Shown here piece by piece: positions 30,126 to 39,872 of a stretch of 64,000 nt of DNA. The stretch is from Candidatus Nanohaloarchaea archaeon (lineage in GTDB: Archaea > Nanohalarchaeota > Nanosalinia > Nanosalinales > Nanosalinaceae). The notes below the pieces were generated by a model. That model worked only from the letters and a program-made list of their open reading frames with translations. It did not search any database and had not been told where the DNA came from. A program made the translations under genes and the position numbers. Position 1 is the stretch's first letter, and every line of letters starts with the position of its first letter. The stretch spans positions 185,961 through 249,960 of the forward strand of contig JACOQA010000002.1 in the NCBI GenBank assembly GCA_014297435.1. Reading direction: 5' to 3'.

Positions 30126-31124
30126 TTAGAAGTCCTCCGTGATGGTCACGATTTTATTGTTGCCGTCTTCAGAGTAGATTGTTACAGAGCCTCCGCTGTA
30201 GCCGAAGTCTACATCACTTGCTTCAAGGTCTGTTCGATCGTTAACATCAAGGTATGACTCAACTTCTCTTGCTGTCAGATCTCTGTCATCTGTTGCGGAG
30301 TTCAAGGCATCAAGGTCTTCGAAGTAGTTAGGATTTTCAGAGCCTATAGGTCCTTGGTCTGTTCTTGTACCGTTTAGTCCGGATCCTCCGGTTCCACCAT
30401 TCCTGTTGATACTCTGATCGCCTGATCCGCTCTCCTTGTAGACTGTCTTATCATCGTCAGGCCAGAAGATCGCGGCAAGACTTCCTCCGATAAATCCTGC
30501 GCCTATCAACGCTCCCCCTATTTTACATAGTGAGTCCCTCTTATCCGGATCGTCTACCTCAGGTTCTGTAGGTTTTTCGGGGTCGGAGCTGGTTGATCCA
30601 TATGGATTTATGACATCGTCTGGGTCCATGCCTTCTGTTCTCTTAGCCCTGTTCCTGTAGAATTCGGACATGTGTTCGCCGAGATTGTTTATCTCAGGAG
30701 AATTGTTCTTTACGTAGGTACTGAATGATCTTTCTGATACTGCTATGTCGTCAAACTGTTCAAGTGAATAGTTTCCTTCGAAGTAGTTCATAGGGTTTAG
30801 GATGTTGGCTGTTCTCTCTCCTCCTGGCACATTAATATCTACATCAAGATCCTCTATCTCGTTCTCTACCTTAGTTAAACGGTTCTGATAATTGTTTAGA
30901 CGTGTCTCAAAAGAATTAATATCTCCTTCTATAGATCCCAAATCATCCGACAGGTCTTCAAGCCAGTTAGTTACGGATTCGAATGCGTCGTCGTGATCAT
31001 CAACTCTATTTTCCAGATCTTCTAGCCGGCTATTAACCTGATCTAGTTCTTCATCTAGATCTTCTATAAACTGATCGTCTGCTCCTTTTCCTTCGATCCA
31101 GATGTCGTCTCCGTTGTTCGACAT
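30126..31124 (-). CDS. Acidic coiled-coil protein with a single TM segment
   Basis: Heptad region near residues 20-95, TM IGGALIGAGFIGGSLAAIFW, SD-like GAGGTAA upstream. Confidence 0.7.
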   Translation of the reverse strand: MSNNGDDIWIEGKGADDQFIEDLDEELDQVNSRLEDLENRVDDHDDAFESVTNWLEDLSDDLGSIEGDINSFETRLNNYQNRLTKVENEIEDLDVDINVPGGERTANILNPMNYFEGNYSLEQFDDIAVSERSFSTYVKNNSPEINNLGEHMSEFYRNRAKRTEGMDPDDVINPYGSTSSDPEKPTEPEVDDPDKRDSLCKIGGALIGAGFIGGSLAAIFWPDDDKTVYKESGSGDQSINRNGGTGGSGLNGTRTDQGPIGSENPNYFEDLDALNSATDDRDLTAREVESYLDVNDRTDLEASDVDFGYSGGSVTIYSEDGNNKIVTITEDF

Positions 31125-31195
31125 AATTTTAATTACCTCTTATCACTTATTTGTCACAAACACCTTATATATCTTTTGTTATTTAGTAGTGACAA

Positions 31196-32062
31196 CTAGT
31201 AGCCTTTATCATTCAGTAGTTCTCGGGCGTTGTTAAAAGAATCTTTACAACCTTTAGCAACCTCGTCCTCAGGCTTCATCCTCTCTTCATGGCTCTTGCT
31301 GAACTCTTCTACTCTGTTTTCAATAAAGTTCTCCATAAACGCGTATAATCCATCAGGAACTCCATCGCAGCTCCTGTCGTCAGGTATACTGGTGAAGTCG
31401 GGCGCCTCAGGCACTTCAGGCATATCAGGATCCACGACCACTTCGTCCGGCATTTCATTCTCTGTTACATGCTTCACAATCTTTCTGTTAAGCAGTTCGG
31501 CTCGTGCCCCTGTCGTCATCAAACCTGGGTCGTAGTCGAGTTCTTTTGCGTTGAAGCCCTCTGCGGATCTAGGTCCGTATATTATTATGTTGAGATGCTC
31601 CTTAACGCTCGAAATAGGGTGGTCTTCCACATTCTCTCTCTTTGCGCCCTCAAGTATTTCGTCAGAAAGGTCTTTAACAACTTCAGGTTTCTTTAGAACT
31701 TTACTTTTCACATCTAAATCTTCGTAGACTTTTGACCAGACTCCTTCGAAGTCAATATCTTCTACATTCCCTTGATAATCATCTGTTTCGGCTAGGTATC
31801 TTTCCTTTATAGAATCCCATTCTTCTTCTATGTCCGAATAAAGAGTCTCTATATCTTCGTCTAAGTCGTCTGCAACTTCGTCTTCTAATCCGTCCACCAT
31901 TTCGAGGTTTCTTTCAAGTGCCTCTGCTTGGTCTCTCACATATCTTATTCCTTCTACGTAAGCGGCTTCGTAGCTGTTAAAGAGGTCTCTCTGATCGGAG
32001 TCTAGCTCTTCCTTTTTTTCTTCGGCCTCTTCAAAGTTCATGTGGGGATTATCTACCGACAT
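31196..32062 (-). CDS. Acidic hypothetical protein
   Basis: 288 aa ORF with helical, acidic composition. Confidence 0.7.
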   Translation of the reverse strand: MSVDNPHMNFEEAEEKKEELDSDQRDLFNSYEAAYVEGIRYVRDQAEALERNLEMVDGLEDEVADDLDEDIETLYSDIEEEWDSIKERYLAETDDYQGNVEDIDFEGVWSKVYEDLDVKSKVLKKPEVVKDLSDEILEGAKRENVEDHPISSVKEHLNIIIYGPRSAEGFNAKELDYDPGLMTTGARAELLNRKIVKHVTENEMPDEVVVDPDMPEVPEAPDFTSIPDDRSCDGVPDGLYAFMENFIENRVEEFSKSHEERMKPEDEVAKGCKDSFNNARELLNDKGY

Positions 32063-32220
32063 ATTATTACTTTAGAGTTACAAAATTATTTATATCTGTC
32101 TCTGATATCTGGGTCGTGACAAGGGGTGTAACCATATATATTGTTGCGAAAGAATTGTGATGTTACTACGGAGTACAAATATAAAGATTTGCTGGTAGTA
32201 TAATTATGTGGTGACACAAA

Positions 32221-33438
32221 ATGGTAGGATCTAACACTAACGTAGGAGAAGATGACGACAGGATCTCGGCAGACGGCGGAGAACCTGACGAAGATCAAAA
32301 TCAGGACATGAACAGAGCAGGGAGAGCTAACAGCCTAACAGGTTTAGTAGATGAAACACTAGAGTCCCAAGAAGAGAGAGAAGAGACCGCACAACAAGCT
32401 ATGAATAATTGGGAAGGAAATGCGGCAGAAGAAACAAATGATGTCGTGGAGGAATACCAAGAACTCAGAGATGATGCAGGAGAAGCCACAGAATGGGAGT
32501 TCTCACAATCAACTGAGGCGGCAGAATTTGAAGATGATCTTGAGTATCATGGTGAGCTAGGCATAAGAGATTATGCTGAGACTCAGTCTGGTAAGATTGA
32601 AGGACTTACAGGAACGATAAGAAGATTCTCTGGCATGATAGCTGACAAACAAGATGAAGTACAGAGTAAGGAAGCCGACCTTGAAGGTCTTGAAGATGAA
32701 AGAGAAGAAGCTTACCAAGAAGTTGATAAAGAAGTAAACAACATGGACGATGAAGATTTCGGACAAATGACTGCAAGCGAGTTTAGAGACTCGAAGAGAG
32801 ACAGCGTGGACAGCGAATATGACAGAAAGGAGTCGGAAATTGAAGATGACATAGAATCTCTAAGAGAGAGCATTACAGATCTAAATGAAACACTTGCTCC
32901 GGCGACATCTGAGAGAGCAGACCGAAGAGAAGAAGCTCAAGCTGTCTACAATCAGTTCGCTGAAGAAGCAGAGGAAGTTGTTTCTGACAACTTCGGTAAG
33001 CTAAGAGAAAGCCTCGGAGTTCTAAGAGAACTTGAGGTTCAACAGACTAGACACGAGCAAAAATCTGTTGATAACGGTCTTGTAGATCAGAGACAGAGCG
33101 ATCAGGCAGACGCAAGAACCGAAGCGGCACTTGCATACGTTTCAGAGGCTCTAGATGAGATTGACCAGCTTGAAGATGCAGTTCAAGATCATTACAGGGT
33201 CGCTGAAGGTTTCTCAGAACTTACAGATGTAGAGACAAGAGAGCTAAAGGGAATCTACGGCGATCTTGTGGACGATGAAGCAGTAGACGGCGAAGTCGGC
33301 GAAGATCAGTTCGGTACTGAACTGCTTAGACAGAGAGTTTACGAGGCTGCCGAATCAATCACTGCTGACGGCTATGATTCCATCAGAGAACTTAGAGATA
33401 TCGCTGATGACATAGCTGGCGGTTACGAAGAGGAGTAA
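32221..33438 (+). CDS. Very acidic coiled-coil protein
   Basis: 405 aa ORF; SD GGTGA 6 nt before ATG; long heptad repeats. Confidence 0.75.
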   Translation: MVGSNTNVGEDDDRISADGGEPDEDQNQDMNRAGRANSLTGLVDETLESQEEREETAQQAMNNWEGNAAEETNDVVEEYQELRDDAGEATEWEFSQSTEAAEFEDDLEYHGELGIRDYAETQSGKIEGLTGTIRRFSGMIADKQDEVQSKEADLEGLEDEREEAYQEVDKEVNNMDDEDFGQMTASEFRDSKRDSVDSEYDRKESEIEDDIESLRESITDLNETLAPATSERADRREEAQAVYNQFAEEAEEVVSDNFGKLRESLGVLRELEVQQTRHEQKSVDNGLVDQRQSDQADARTEAALAYVSEALDEIDQLEDAVQDHYRVAEGFSELTDVETRELKGIYGDLVDDEAVDGEVGEDQFGTELLRQRVYEAAESITADGYDSIRELRDIADDIAGGYEEE

Positions 33439-33445
33439 TCTCCTC

Positions 33446-34462
33446 TCATTTCTTCTTTAATTCTACACATACACGTTTCTCGGAAGGACTTCTCTCGCCA
33501 CACTCAACAACATTTACGATAGAAAGATCATCTGAAACATTCCTGATCTCTTTCTCGATTGGTTTAAGATCATCGTTCTCAACAAAACGATAGTAATGAA
33601 TCATACCATCTTTCTTCAGATGATCGTAAGCAAGTTGAAGAAAATCATTTGCTGAACCGGGTAGTGGCATCACGATACGGTCAAACATTCCAAGCTCCGG
33701 AACTTTATCGTTGACATCGCCTTCAATACCTTCAGCAGTGTCTTCAAGATCGTTAAGCTCGATGTTTTGTTTCATGTAATCGGCAGCTATCGGGTTCTTT
33801 TCGACTCCGACAACTTTTTCGGCGCCCAGTTTCCCGGCAAGAACAGCGAAAGGTCCTACACCAGCAAACATGACAAGAAATTTTTCTTCCTCCTCTATCT
33901 GGTCGCAGACACGTTTCCTTTCTGTTCCGAAACGTTCCGAGAAATAAACCTTGGTTGGATCCACTTTGTAACGAAGTCCGAACTCCTTATGAATTGTCTC
34001 TGTCTCTTCACCGTAAAGTTTTTCGTAGTCGCCTACGCGGAACTCCCCCTTTAAACCACCTTCCTGCTTCAAAATTATAGTTTTAACCTGCGGGTTGTAG
34101 TGTAAAATTCCTTCAACTGCATCTTCCCTCGATACTTTCGATAGTTCGTTGATAACAGCAACTTCGCCTATTAGTTCGTAAGAGGGAAGGTCATAATCTT
34201 CATCTTTTTCCTCATGGATTATCGAAACATCGTTCTCCAACTTTTCCTGAACTTCGGAAAACTCTTCATCGATGAAAACATTATCAGATGCATCAACGCT
34301 TTCCATTATTTCTTCCACAGAGTATTTTTCAGATGAGAATGGTTTCAAAGTAAGTTCGATCTCATCATTTTTGGCAGTGATCGAAACTCCTTTTTCTTCA
34401 AGTTCGAAGCCTTGCCTCTCGAATAGTTCTTTTACTTTTTCTCTTAGCTTTTCCTGTTCCAT
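33446..34462 (-). CDS. trm5: Trm5/Met10+-family tRNA (position 37) methyltransferase
   Basis: GEFRV..LYGEETETIHKE, KVYFSER.GTER, MFAGVGPF, EKNP and DRIVMPLP motifs; start moved to MEQEK. Confidence 0.88.
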   Translation of the reverse strand: MEQEKLREKVKELFERQGFELEEKGVSITAKNDEIELTLKPFSSEKYSVEEIMESVDASDNVFIDEEFSEVQEKLENDVSIIHEEKDEDYDLPSYELIGEVAVINELSKVSREDAVEGILHYNPQVKTIILKQEGGLKGEFRVGDYEKLYGEETETIHKEFGLRYKVDPTKVYFSERFGTERKRVCDQIEEEEKFLVMFAGVGPFAVLAGKLGAEKVVGVEKNPIAADYMKQNIELNDLEDTAEGIEGDVNDKVPELGMFDRIVMPLPGSANDFLQLAYDHLKKDGMIHYYRFVENDDLKPIEKEIRNVSDDLSIVNVVECGERSPSEKRVCVELKKK

Positions 34463-34497
34463 GAGATAAAAAGGTTTCCTGAGAGTTTTATACCGTA

Positions 34498-35202
34498 ATG
34501 CTATATATTGTAGGACTTGGTCTCGATGATGGAGAAGTAACGCAGAAAGGCTTAGAAGCGCTTGAAAATGCGGAAAAAGTGTTCGCTGAGTTCTACACAA
34601 ATACCGAAACAATTGATCTTGCAGAACTTGAGGAAGAGGCTGGAAAAAATATTGAGAAGCTTTCGCGCGAGGAAGTTGAACGTGAAGACAAGATAATAGG
34701 ATCAGCAAAAGAAACAGATACGGCGTTCCTTGTCTCCGGTAATGCGTTAACTGCGACCACTCACTACGATATCAAACATAGAGCTGAAGAGAAAGGTATC
34801 GATGTTGAGGTTGTTCATGCACCATCAATCTTCACTTCTATTGCGGAAACCGGTCTGAATGTTTACAAGTTCGGCAGAACGGTTACTTTGCCGAAAAAAG
34901 GCGAACCTTCTTCGATCGTAAAGCATATTGAGAAGAATGATTCGATCGATCTTCATACTCTAGTTTTGCTTGATATTGACTATGATGCTTCGGAGGCTGC
35001 CGAAAAACTGGTTTCGATGGAAGAAAGCCTGGGTTCTAGAAAAGTTGTTGTTCTTGAAAGAGCCAATCTCGAAGACCAGAATATCTCGGTTATGAAGTTA
35101 GAGGGGGCAGCTGAGGCCGAGTTTGGTGGCACACCTCATTCAATTATCTTTGTAGGTGAGACCTCTCACAAGGAAGAAGAGTTTCTTTCAGCACACAGTT
35201 AA
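34498..35202 (+). CDS. dph5: Diphthine synthase
   Basis: MLYIVGLGL, EFYT, ATTH, GLNVYKFGRTVT, HTLVLLDI and FGGTPHSII motifs. Confidence 0.95.
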   Translation: MLYIVGLGLDDGEVTQKGLEALENAEKVFAEFYTNTETIDLAELEEEAGKNIEKLSREEVEREDKIIGSAKETDTAFLVSGNALTATTHYDIKHRAEEKGIDVEVVHAPSIFTSIAETGLNVYKFGRTVTLPKKGEPSSIVKHIEKNDSIDLHTLVLLDIDYDASEAAEKLVSMEESLGSRKVVVLERANLEDQNISVMKLEGAAEAEFGGTPHSIIFVGETSHKEEEFLSAHS

Positions 35203-35226
35203 ATTTACAGCTTGTTAATCAGTTGT

Positions 35227-35679
35227 ATGTCGACAGCAAGCAAGAATAATTCCAGTTCTAATCTAGATAGATCTGTTGAAGCCACAGAAGCGGAGATCGA
35301 GACGGTTGAAGAGATGAGGGAAACACTTTCAGAGATGGAAAAGGAATCGGAAAGATTTCGCTCTGATATAATGGAGATACTCAAATACGTGGTGGAGGCA
35401 GAAAGAGAGCTGAAAGATGTAAAATCGAAGGAGGCTGCTGCTAAAAGGACAGGAAACCCGCGCCAGCTTGCACAAGCTGTGAGAGAAGAACATAGAACAA
35501 TAGAAGAACTAAGTCATGTGAAAGAAGGCATGTCGGATCTGGCAGAGAAAATAAAGATACAGAGAGGTCTTCTAGAAGAGGCTCTAGACCTTGATGCTGA
35601 AGCAGTTGAGGAAGGAGAGCTCGCACATGAAATAGATGAGGAAGAGCTGGAAGAAATAAGAGAATCTCTTGAAACATAG
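35227..35679 (+). CDS. Acidic coiled-coil protein
   Basis: All-helical heptad pattern; ATG at 35227. Confidence 0.7.
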   Translation: MSTASKNNSSSNLDRSVEATEAEIETVEEMRETLSEMEKESERFRSDIMEILKYVVEAERELKDVKSKEAAAKRTGNPRQLAQAVREEHRTIEELSHVKEGMSDLAEKIKIQRGLLEEALDLDAEAVEEGELAHEIDEEELEEIRESLET

Positions 35680-35692
35680 AAAGTGTTTAGAA

Positions 35693-35923
35693 ATGGATGA
35701 AACACAGGAAAGACTTGAAAATGAGACGAAGAAATGGCTGGAAAAACTTGAGAAACGGGTAGAGAAAAGAGATGAAACCGTTGAGCAGATGGAAAATGTT
35801 CTTGCGTACAAGGACGATACCTACCATTTTCTTAAGGAAGATGATTATGTAAGGGCGTGGGAGTCGGTTATCTATGCCTGGGGAATCCTTGAGACCTTGG
35901 AGAGGCTGGGAAAGTTTGAATAG
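35693..35923 (+). CDS. DUF357 family protein
   Basis: AYKDDTYHFLKEDDYVRAWESVIYAWGILE pattern. Confidence 0.8.
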   Translation: MDETQERLENETKKWLEKLEKRVEKRDETVEQMENVLAYKDDTYHFLKEDDYVRAWESVIYAWGILETLERLGKFE

Positions 35924-35954
35924 TTAAAAACGAGCTTCTTCCAATCAAACTATT

Positions 35955-36230
35955 ATGAGGGACCCTTGGAAATACATCGCCTTTCCGATCGCCGCAGTCT
36001 CAGGCTACTTCGTATCGATCGCGGCAACCCAACAGGTTAAGGCATACCTAGGTCTCTCAGATTTTCTAACAAGAGTAATTGTTTTAGCCGCTGTCGGACT
36101 TATAGCGGGTTTTATGGTTGATGAGGTTATACCTGCCTACATAGAGAAAGTTAAAGGTTCTCAAGGCGGTGTCAGAGGAGATGACTTCGGTGGCGGCGGA
36201 GGTGGAGACGATTTCGACTTCGACAACTAA
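35955..36230 (+). CDS. Two-TM membrane protein with a Gly/Asp-rich tail
   Basis: Hydrophobic hairpin; tail GGGGGGDDFDFDN. Confidence 0.7.
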   Translation: MRDPWKYIAFPIAAVSGYFVSIAATQQVKAYLGLSDFLTRVIVLAAVGLIAGFMVDEVIPAYIEKVKGSQGGVRGDDFGGGGGGDDFDFDN

Positions 36231-36678
36231 ACTACTGGTAGGTCTCGCCGGCATCTTGATGTTATCGGGCGCTGTCTCAGGATATTATTACGGCGATGGA
36301 TCAGGAAGTTCGCTTTCCACTGGTAATGCCGAATTTTCGATTCCACAGTATAATTCTCAGGGCGAAATCCTGACTAAGTTAGTGGCTCCGTTCCTACTAG
36401 TATTCATAATATTCTATCTAGGTCTTTTCAAAGCGCTCTGGTTTGCATATGCTGACGATGATGGACCTTTCCTAACAAAGAATAAGAAGGAGGAGAAGAA
36501 GCAGGTCAGGAAGTACGCCACAATAATATCGATCCTTATTTCGGCGATGATTATTCCTTCGCCGCTTTTCCATGCGTTGAATGATTTCACGGCGATAGTT
36601 TTCGGAGGTCTTACCTACATACTTCTGGGTGCTTTGGGCTTCGCATTTTTACTGGTTCTCTGGAGCATCTTCTCCTGA
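36211..36678 (+). CDS. Membrane protein of the PFLL-motif family; start uncertain (ATT 36211, ATG 36181 or 36169)
   Basis: Signal-like STSTTKLLVGLAG.., LVAPFLLVFIIFYLGL, three TMs; GGAGGTGG precedes the ATT. Confidence 0.65.
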   Translation: MSTSTTKLLVGLAGILMLSGAVSGYYYGDGSGSSLSTGNAEFSIPQYNSQGEILTKLVAPFLLVFIIFYLGLFKALWFAYADDDGPFLTKNKKEEKKQVRKYATIISILISAMIIPSPLFHALNDFTAIVFGGLTYILLGALGFAFLLVLWSIFS

Positions 36679-36722
36679 TTAAGCCCAGATAATTTATAAA
36701 TTAGGTGCGAATTAACTACTGT

Positions 36723-38210
36723 ATGAATAACAAAATAAAGGCGATTCTAGCCTCCTTCTTTGTCCAGATCTCAACAGTTGCAGCTCAAAATGATCCTATC
36801 GGAGTAGCGAGTGGGAGCGGAGATTTCCAAGGACTCATACCATTAATGTCTGATATTTTTGGATTGCAAATAGGTGGATGGCAGGACGTAGCAGTATTCG
36901 GAGCAACCATAGGTGTTTTCTGGTTATCATTCTATATTGTTATCGAGACAGCCTTGAGAAGGATGGGCAATGACTACCTGCTTAAGGCATCTGGATTAGA
37001 CGAAAGTTACAACTCTGATGGCGGTATGAGTAGCAGGGTCGCGCTATTCTCGCTTTTACTGGTAGTTTCTGCCTTCGGAGCAAACGGAGTATTCGGAATA
37101 ATCGAGGGTCTTCAGGGCGTTATTCTATTTGCTATGGGTTTCGGACTACTCGGAGCCATTCTCTGGGCTATCGGCGGAGGACTTATCTTCTCCGGAATGG
37201 GTGCAAAGGTCGCCGGCGAAGGAACCAAAGAATGGGGGGAAGCGGCCTCTGGAACCAAACAGTATCTCGAGGATGCGGTTGAAAACATGAACGCTGGTGG
37301 AGGTAACCAGGAGGAACATCTCGAGAAAGCTATTCAGGACATCAAAAATGCTGAAACAGACGTAGAAGAAATGCTCGAGATAGATATTCAGAGGATTGAA
37401 GATATTGCAGAGGAAATAAAGGAAGAGATAAGGTTTGAGGAAGATGAGATTGAAGATGAGAGAGAGATTCAACAGGTAATTAAAGACATTAGAAAGAAAA
37501 TTGACAATGCAGAACGTGTTAATCCTGACCAAAGAAGGGGGAGACCAGAACAAATTTATAAGTCTATTTTAGGCTTCAACGATCAAAATGGCACAAGTTT
37601 GGAGAAAGACTTGCAGGTATTGCACAGCCTGCTTAAAAATATAGATGGCGATCAAGAAGGAGAGATTTCTGAGATAGAGGACGAGGTTCAGGCGATTGAG
37701 GAAACAGTAGAGGAGTTAGAAAAAGACTTCCAAGCAGTAAGAAAACTTGGAGAGATAATACGGGACAGCGAAGCCCACTGGGAGAATATAAGAGAAAGAA
37801 TGGGCTCGGATGAAGAATTAGCCTTAGAAGAGTCACAAATTGAGAAATTGGAGGGAATCATGCAAGGTCTTGGCGATCTAGAGTCTCAGGCAATAGCAGA
37901 GCTAGAACAGCTAGAAAATCTTCTTGAAAAGCAGATTACTCTCGGAGAGGAAGAAATCAAGATGCTTAGTGAAGAAATAAGTGAGTCTAAGGGATTAGAG
38001 GCAAAAATGGAAGATCTTGAGAATACAATGGTCAAAAAACTTGACGGCGACGCCGATGTCTTGAAAGAACTAGGTAGAGCTATGAGGCTAGTCGAAGAAG
38101 ACATAATGCCTGAACTTCAAAGAATTGACAACTTAGATGAGAAAGAGGTCAAAAACGAGTCTAAAGCTCTTGAAAGAGTGAGGGAGGCAATAAGTACACT
38201 ATCCCAATGA
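36723..38210 (+). CDS. Multi-TM protein with a long acidic coiled-coil C-terminus
   Basis: Signal peptide, 3-4 TMs, then about 300 aa of heptads. Confidence 0.75.
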   Translation: MNNKIKAILASFFVQISTVAAQNDPIGVASGSGDFQGLIPLMSDIFGLQIGGWQDVAVFGATIGVFWLSFYIVIETALRRMGNDYLLKASGLDESYNSDGGMSSRVALFSLLLVVSAFGANGVFGIIEGLQGVILFAMGFGLLGAILWAIGGGLIFSGMGAKVAGEGTKEWGEAASGTKQYLEDAVENMNAGGGNQEEHLEKAIQDIKNAETDVEEMLEIDIQRIEDIAEEIKEEIRFEEDEIEDEREIQQVIKDIRKKIDNAERVNPDQRRGRPEQIYKSILGFNDQNGTSLEKDLQVLHSLLKNIDGDQEGEISEIEDEVQAIEETVEELEKDFQAVRKLGEIIRDSEAHWENIRERMGSDEELALEESQIEKLEGIMQGLGDLESQAIAELEQLENLLEKQITLGEEEIKMLSEEISESKGLEAKMEDLENTMVKKLDGDADVLKELGRAMRLVEEDIMPELQRIDNLDEKEVKNESKALERVREAISTLSQ

Positions 38211-38269
38211 ATATTTCAGTATATATTTAAACAAATGAAGAAAATGGGCTAGTAAGAGGTAATCAAAAC

Positions 38270-38413
38270 ATGGCATGCAGTGGAACGATTATACAGTGCG
38301 TCTCGAACAACCCGACAGTTGTGGCGGTTGGAGCGGTCGCAGGATTTGTACTAGCAAAAGCGATGAACATGCGTAAAAGAAACCGCGGAATGGGAGGCAT
38401 GGGAGGTTTCTAG
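38270..38413 (+). CDS. 47-aa single-TM microprotein (not in ORF track)
   Basis: MACSGTIIQCVSNNPTVVAVGAVAGFVLAKAMNMRKRNRGMGGMGGF; GAGGT SD upstream; stop 1 nt before the next ATG. Confidence 0.75.
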   Translation: MACSGTIIQCVSNNPTVVAVGAVAGFVLAKAMNMRKRNRGMGGMGGF

Positions 38414-38414
38414 G

Positions 38415-38669
38415 ATGGCCGATAAAAAGAAGTTCCACGAGTATATTTACGAGGTTGAAAACTGGATCGATGAGTTCGCGATCGCATTCCTATCGTTCGG
38501 GTTTATCGTGGCGTTCATCGAGATCCTTTTCTTCCAGTCCCAGCCGCTCACCTTCGCAACGTTAGATGAACAGATATACAAGTGGGTTCTGATGATTGGT
38601 GTCATGATAATCGGAAGAGAGCTATGGCTGCTCAACAGAAACGTAAGGGAGTATCTTGAAGGTGAATAA
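38415..38669 (+). CDS. Small two-TM membrane protein
   Basis: Two hydrophobic helices; part of the operon. Confidence 0.75.
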   Translation: MADKKKFHEYIYEVENWIDEFAIAFLSFGFIVAFIEILFFQSQPLTFATLDEQIYKWVLMIGVMIIGRELWLLNRNVREYLEGE

Positions 38670-38673
38670 CTGA

Positions 38674-39255
38674 GTGGCTTTCAACCTCAGTAAGTGGATT
38701 CAAACTATGGCGGATATGGACGTCTTCACCGTCCTTCTGCCCTTTTTGCTATCTCTAGCGCTCTTCAACTTTATACTTAAAGATCTAGACATATTTGATG
38801 AAGATACTTTAGGTCAGAAAACCGCTGGTCTGATCGCTTTAATACTCTCCCTATTTGTTGCTTACTTCCTTGTCGCGAATCCGTACTACCAGAACTTTTT
38901 CACGGATTACTTCGCAAGAATAGCTATAGGGATCGCAGGGCTGCTTGGTCTGTTGATATTCCTAGCATATGCGGGAGTCAAGCCAGGTAATGTGCCACTA
39001 GTTACAGCATTGGTCGTCCTAGGTACTGTAGGCGCATTCGCTATGTCTAGAGGATTTGACGCATTCCTCCCGACCTCGCAGGTTCCTGTACTGGACATGT
39101 CAATCCAGCAGATCTTCAGGGGTCTGGTTGATTCCGGAGTCATATATCTACTCATAATAGGTTTAGCAGTCTACTACATTGTCCACGATACAAGAGACGA
39201 TGAGGATCAGACCAGAACAGGAGAAGTGCTTGAATCACTTCTCGGAGCAGACTAG
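38674..39255 (+). CDS. Polytopic membrane protein (PFLL-motif paralog)
   Basis: MDVFTVLLPFLLSLALFNFILKDLDIF; AGGTGA SD. Confidence 0.75.
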   Translation: MAFNLSKWIQTMADMDVFTVLLPFLLSLALFNFILKDLDIFDEDTLGQKTAGLIALILSLFVAYFLVANPYYQNFFTDYFARIAIGIAGLLGLLIFLAYAGVKPGNVPLVTALVVLGTVGAFAMSRGFDAFLPTSQVPVLDMSIQQIFRGLVDSGVIYLLIIGLAVYYIVHDTRDDEDQTRTGEVLESLLGAD

Positions 39256-39265
39256 GTGATCAAAG

Positions 39266-39814
39266 ATGGGATTATTCGAGACACTGGTTCAAAACATGTC
39301 GCAGATGGACTTGTTCCATCTATTCTTCCCATGGCTCCTAATCACTGCAATCACTTACGGGGCTTTAAACAAGACAGAGATATTTGAAGAAGATACTATT
39401 GATGCCGCTGTTGCATTATCCGTAGGATTTATCTCGATGGCAGGTCTTCTTGCTTTCGTACCGCCAAACATGTTCGCTCATTTCGGCGCAGCCTTAGGAT
39501 TCATCGTTTTCGGCATCCTTGGTCTCTTGATCGTGCTTGCGATGGCAGGAGTTGATGTCAATGATCTCGCGGATGCAGGGGACACACCACTTCAAGGAAA
39601 TCCGATCGCGGTCGCAGGTATCGTACTCGTTGGAATAGCTTTAATCGGAGTTACCTTGACATATACTGACCTTGGAGGATTCTTGCCCGGGCTATCAGGA
39701 GATATTGATCTAAGCTTAAACATTGGGAGTGAAGCGATAATGCAGGTACTAACTATGGCGTTCCTGCTCGCGATGATCGGCGTAGTGATAAAGGTAACAG
39801 GAGAAGAAGGCTAA
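39266..39814 (+). CDS. Polytopic membrane protein (PFLL-motif paralog)
   Basis: MDLFHLFFPWLLITAITYGALNKTEIF; AGGTGA 6 nt before ATG. Confidence 0.75.
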   Translation: MGLFETLVQNMSQMDLFHLFFPWLLITAITYGALNKTEIFEEDTIDAAVALSVGFISMAGLLAFVPPNMFAHFGAALGFIVFGILGLLIVLAMAGVDVNDLADAGDTPLQGNPIAVAGIVLVGIALIGVTLTYTDLGGFLPGLSGDIDLSLNIGSEAIMQVLTMAFLLAMIGVVIKVTGEEG

Positions 39815-39825
39815 ATTAACCACTA

Positions 39826-39838
39826 TCTTTTTTTTCTA
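39826..39838 (+). terminator. Oligo-T archaeal terminator
   Basis: T-tract just after the stop of the membrane-protein operon, between convergent genes. Confidence 0.5.
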
Positions 39839-39872
39839 ATAAATTAGAATTAGGAAGAAAGAGAGGAATTTT

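Noticed and set aside
34463-34708. N-terminal 82-aa extension of Trm5
   Set aside because: It is an antisense shadow of dph5; MEQEK at 34462 is the plausible start
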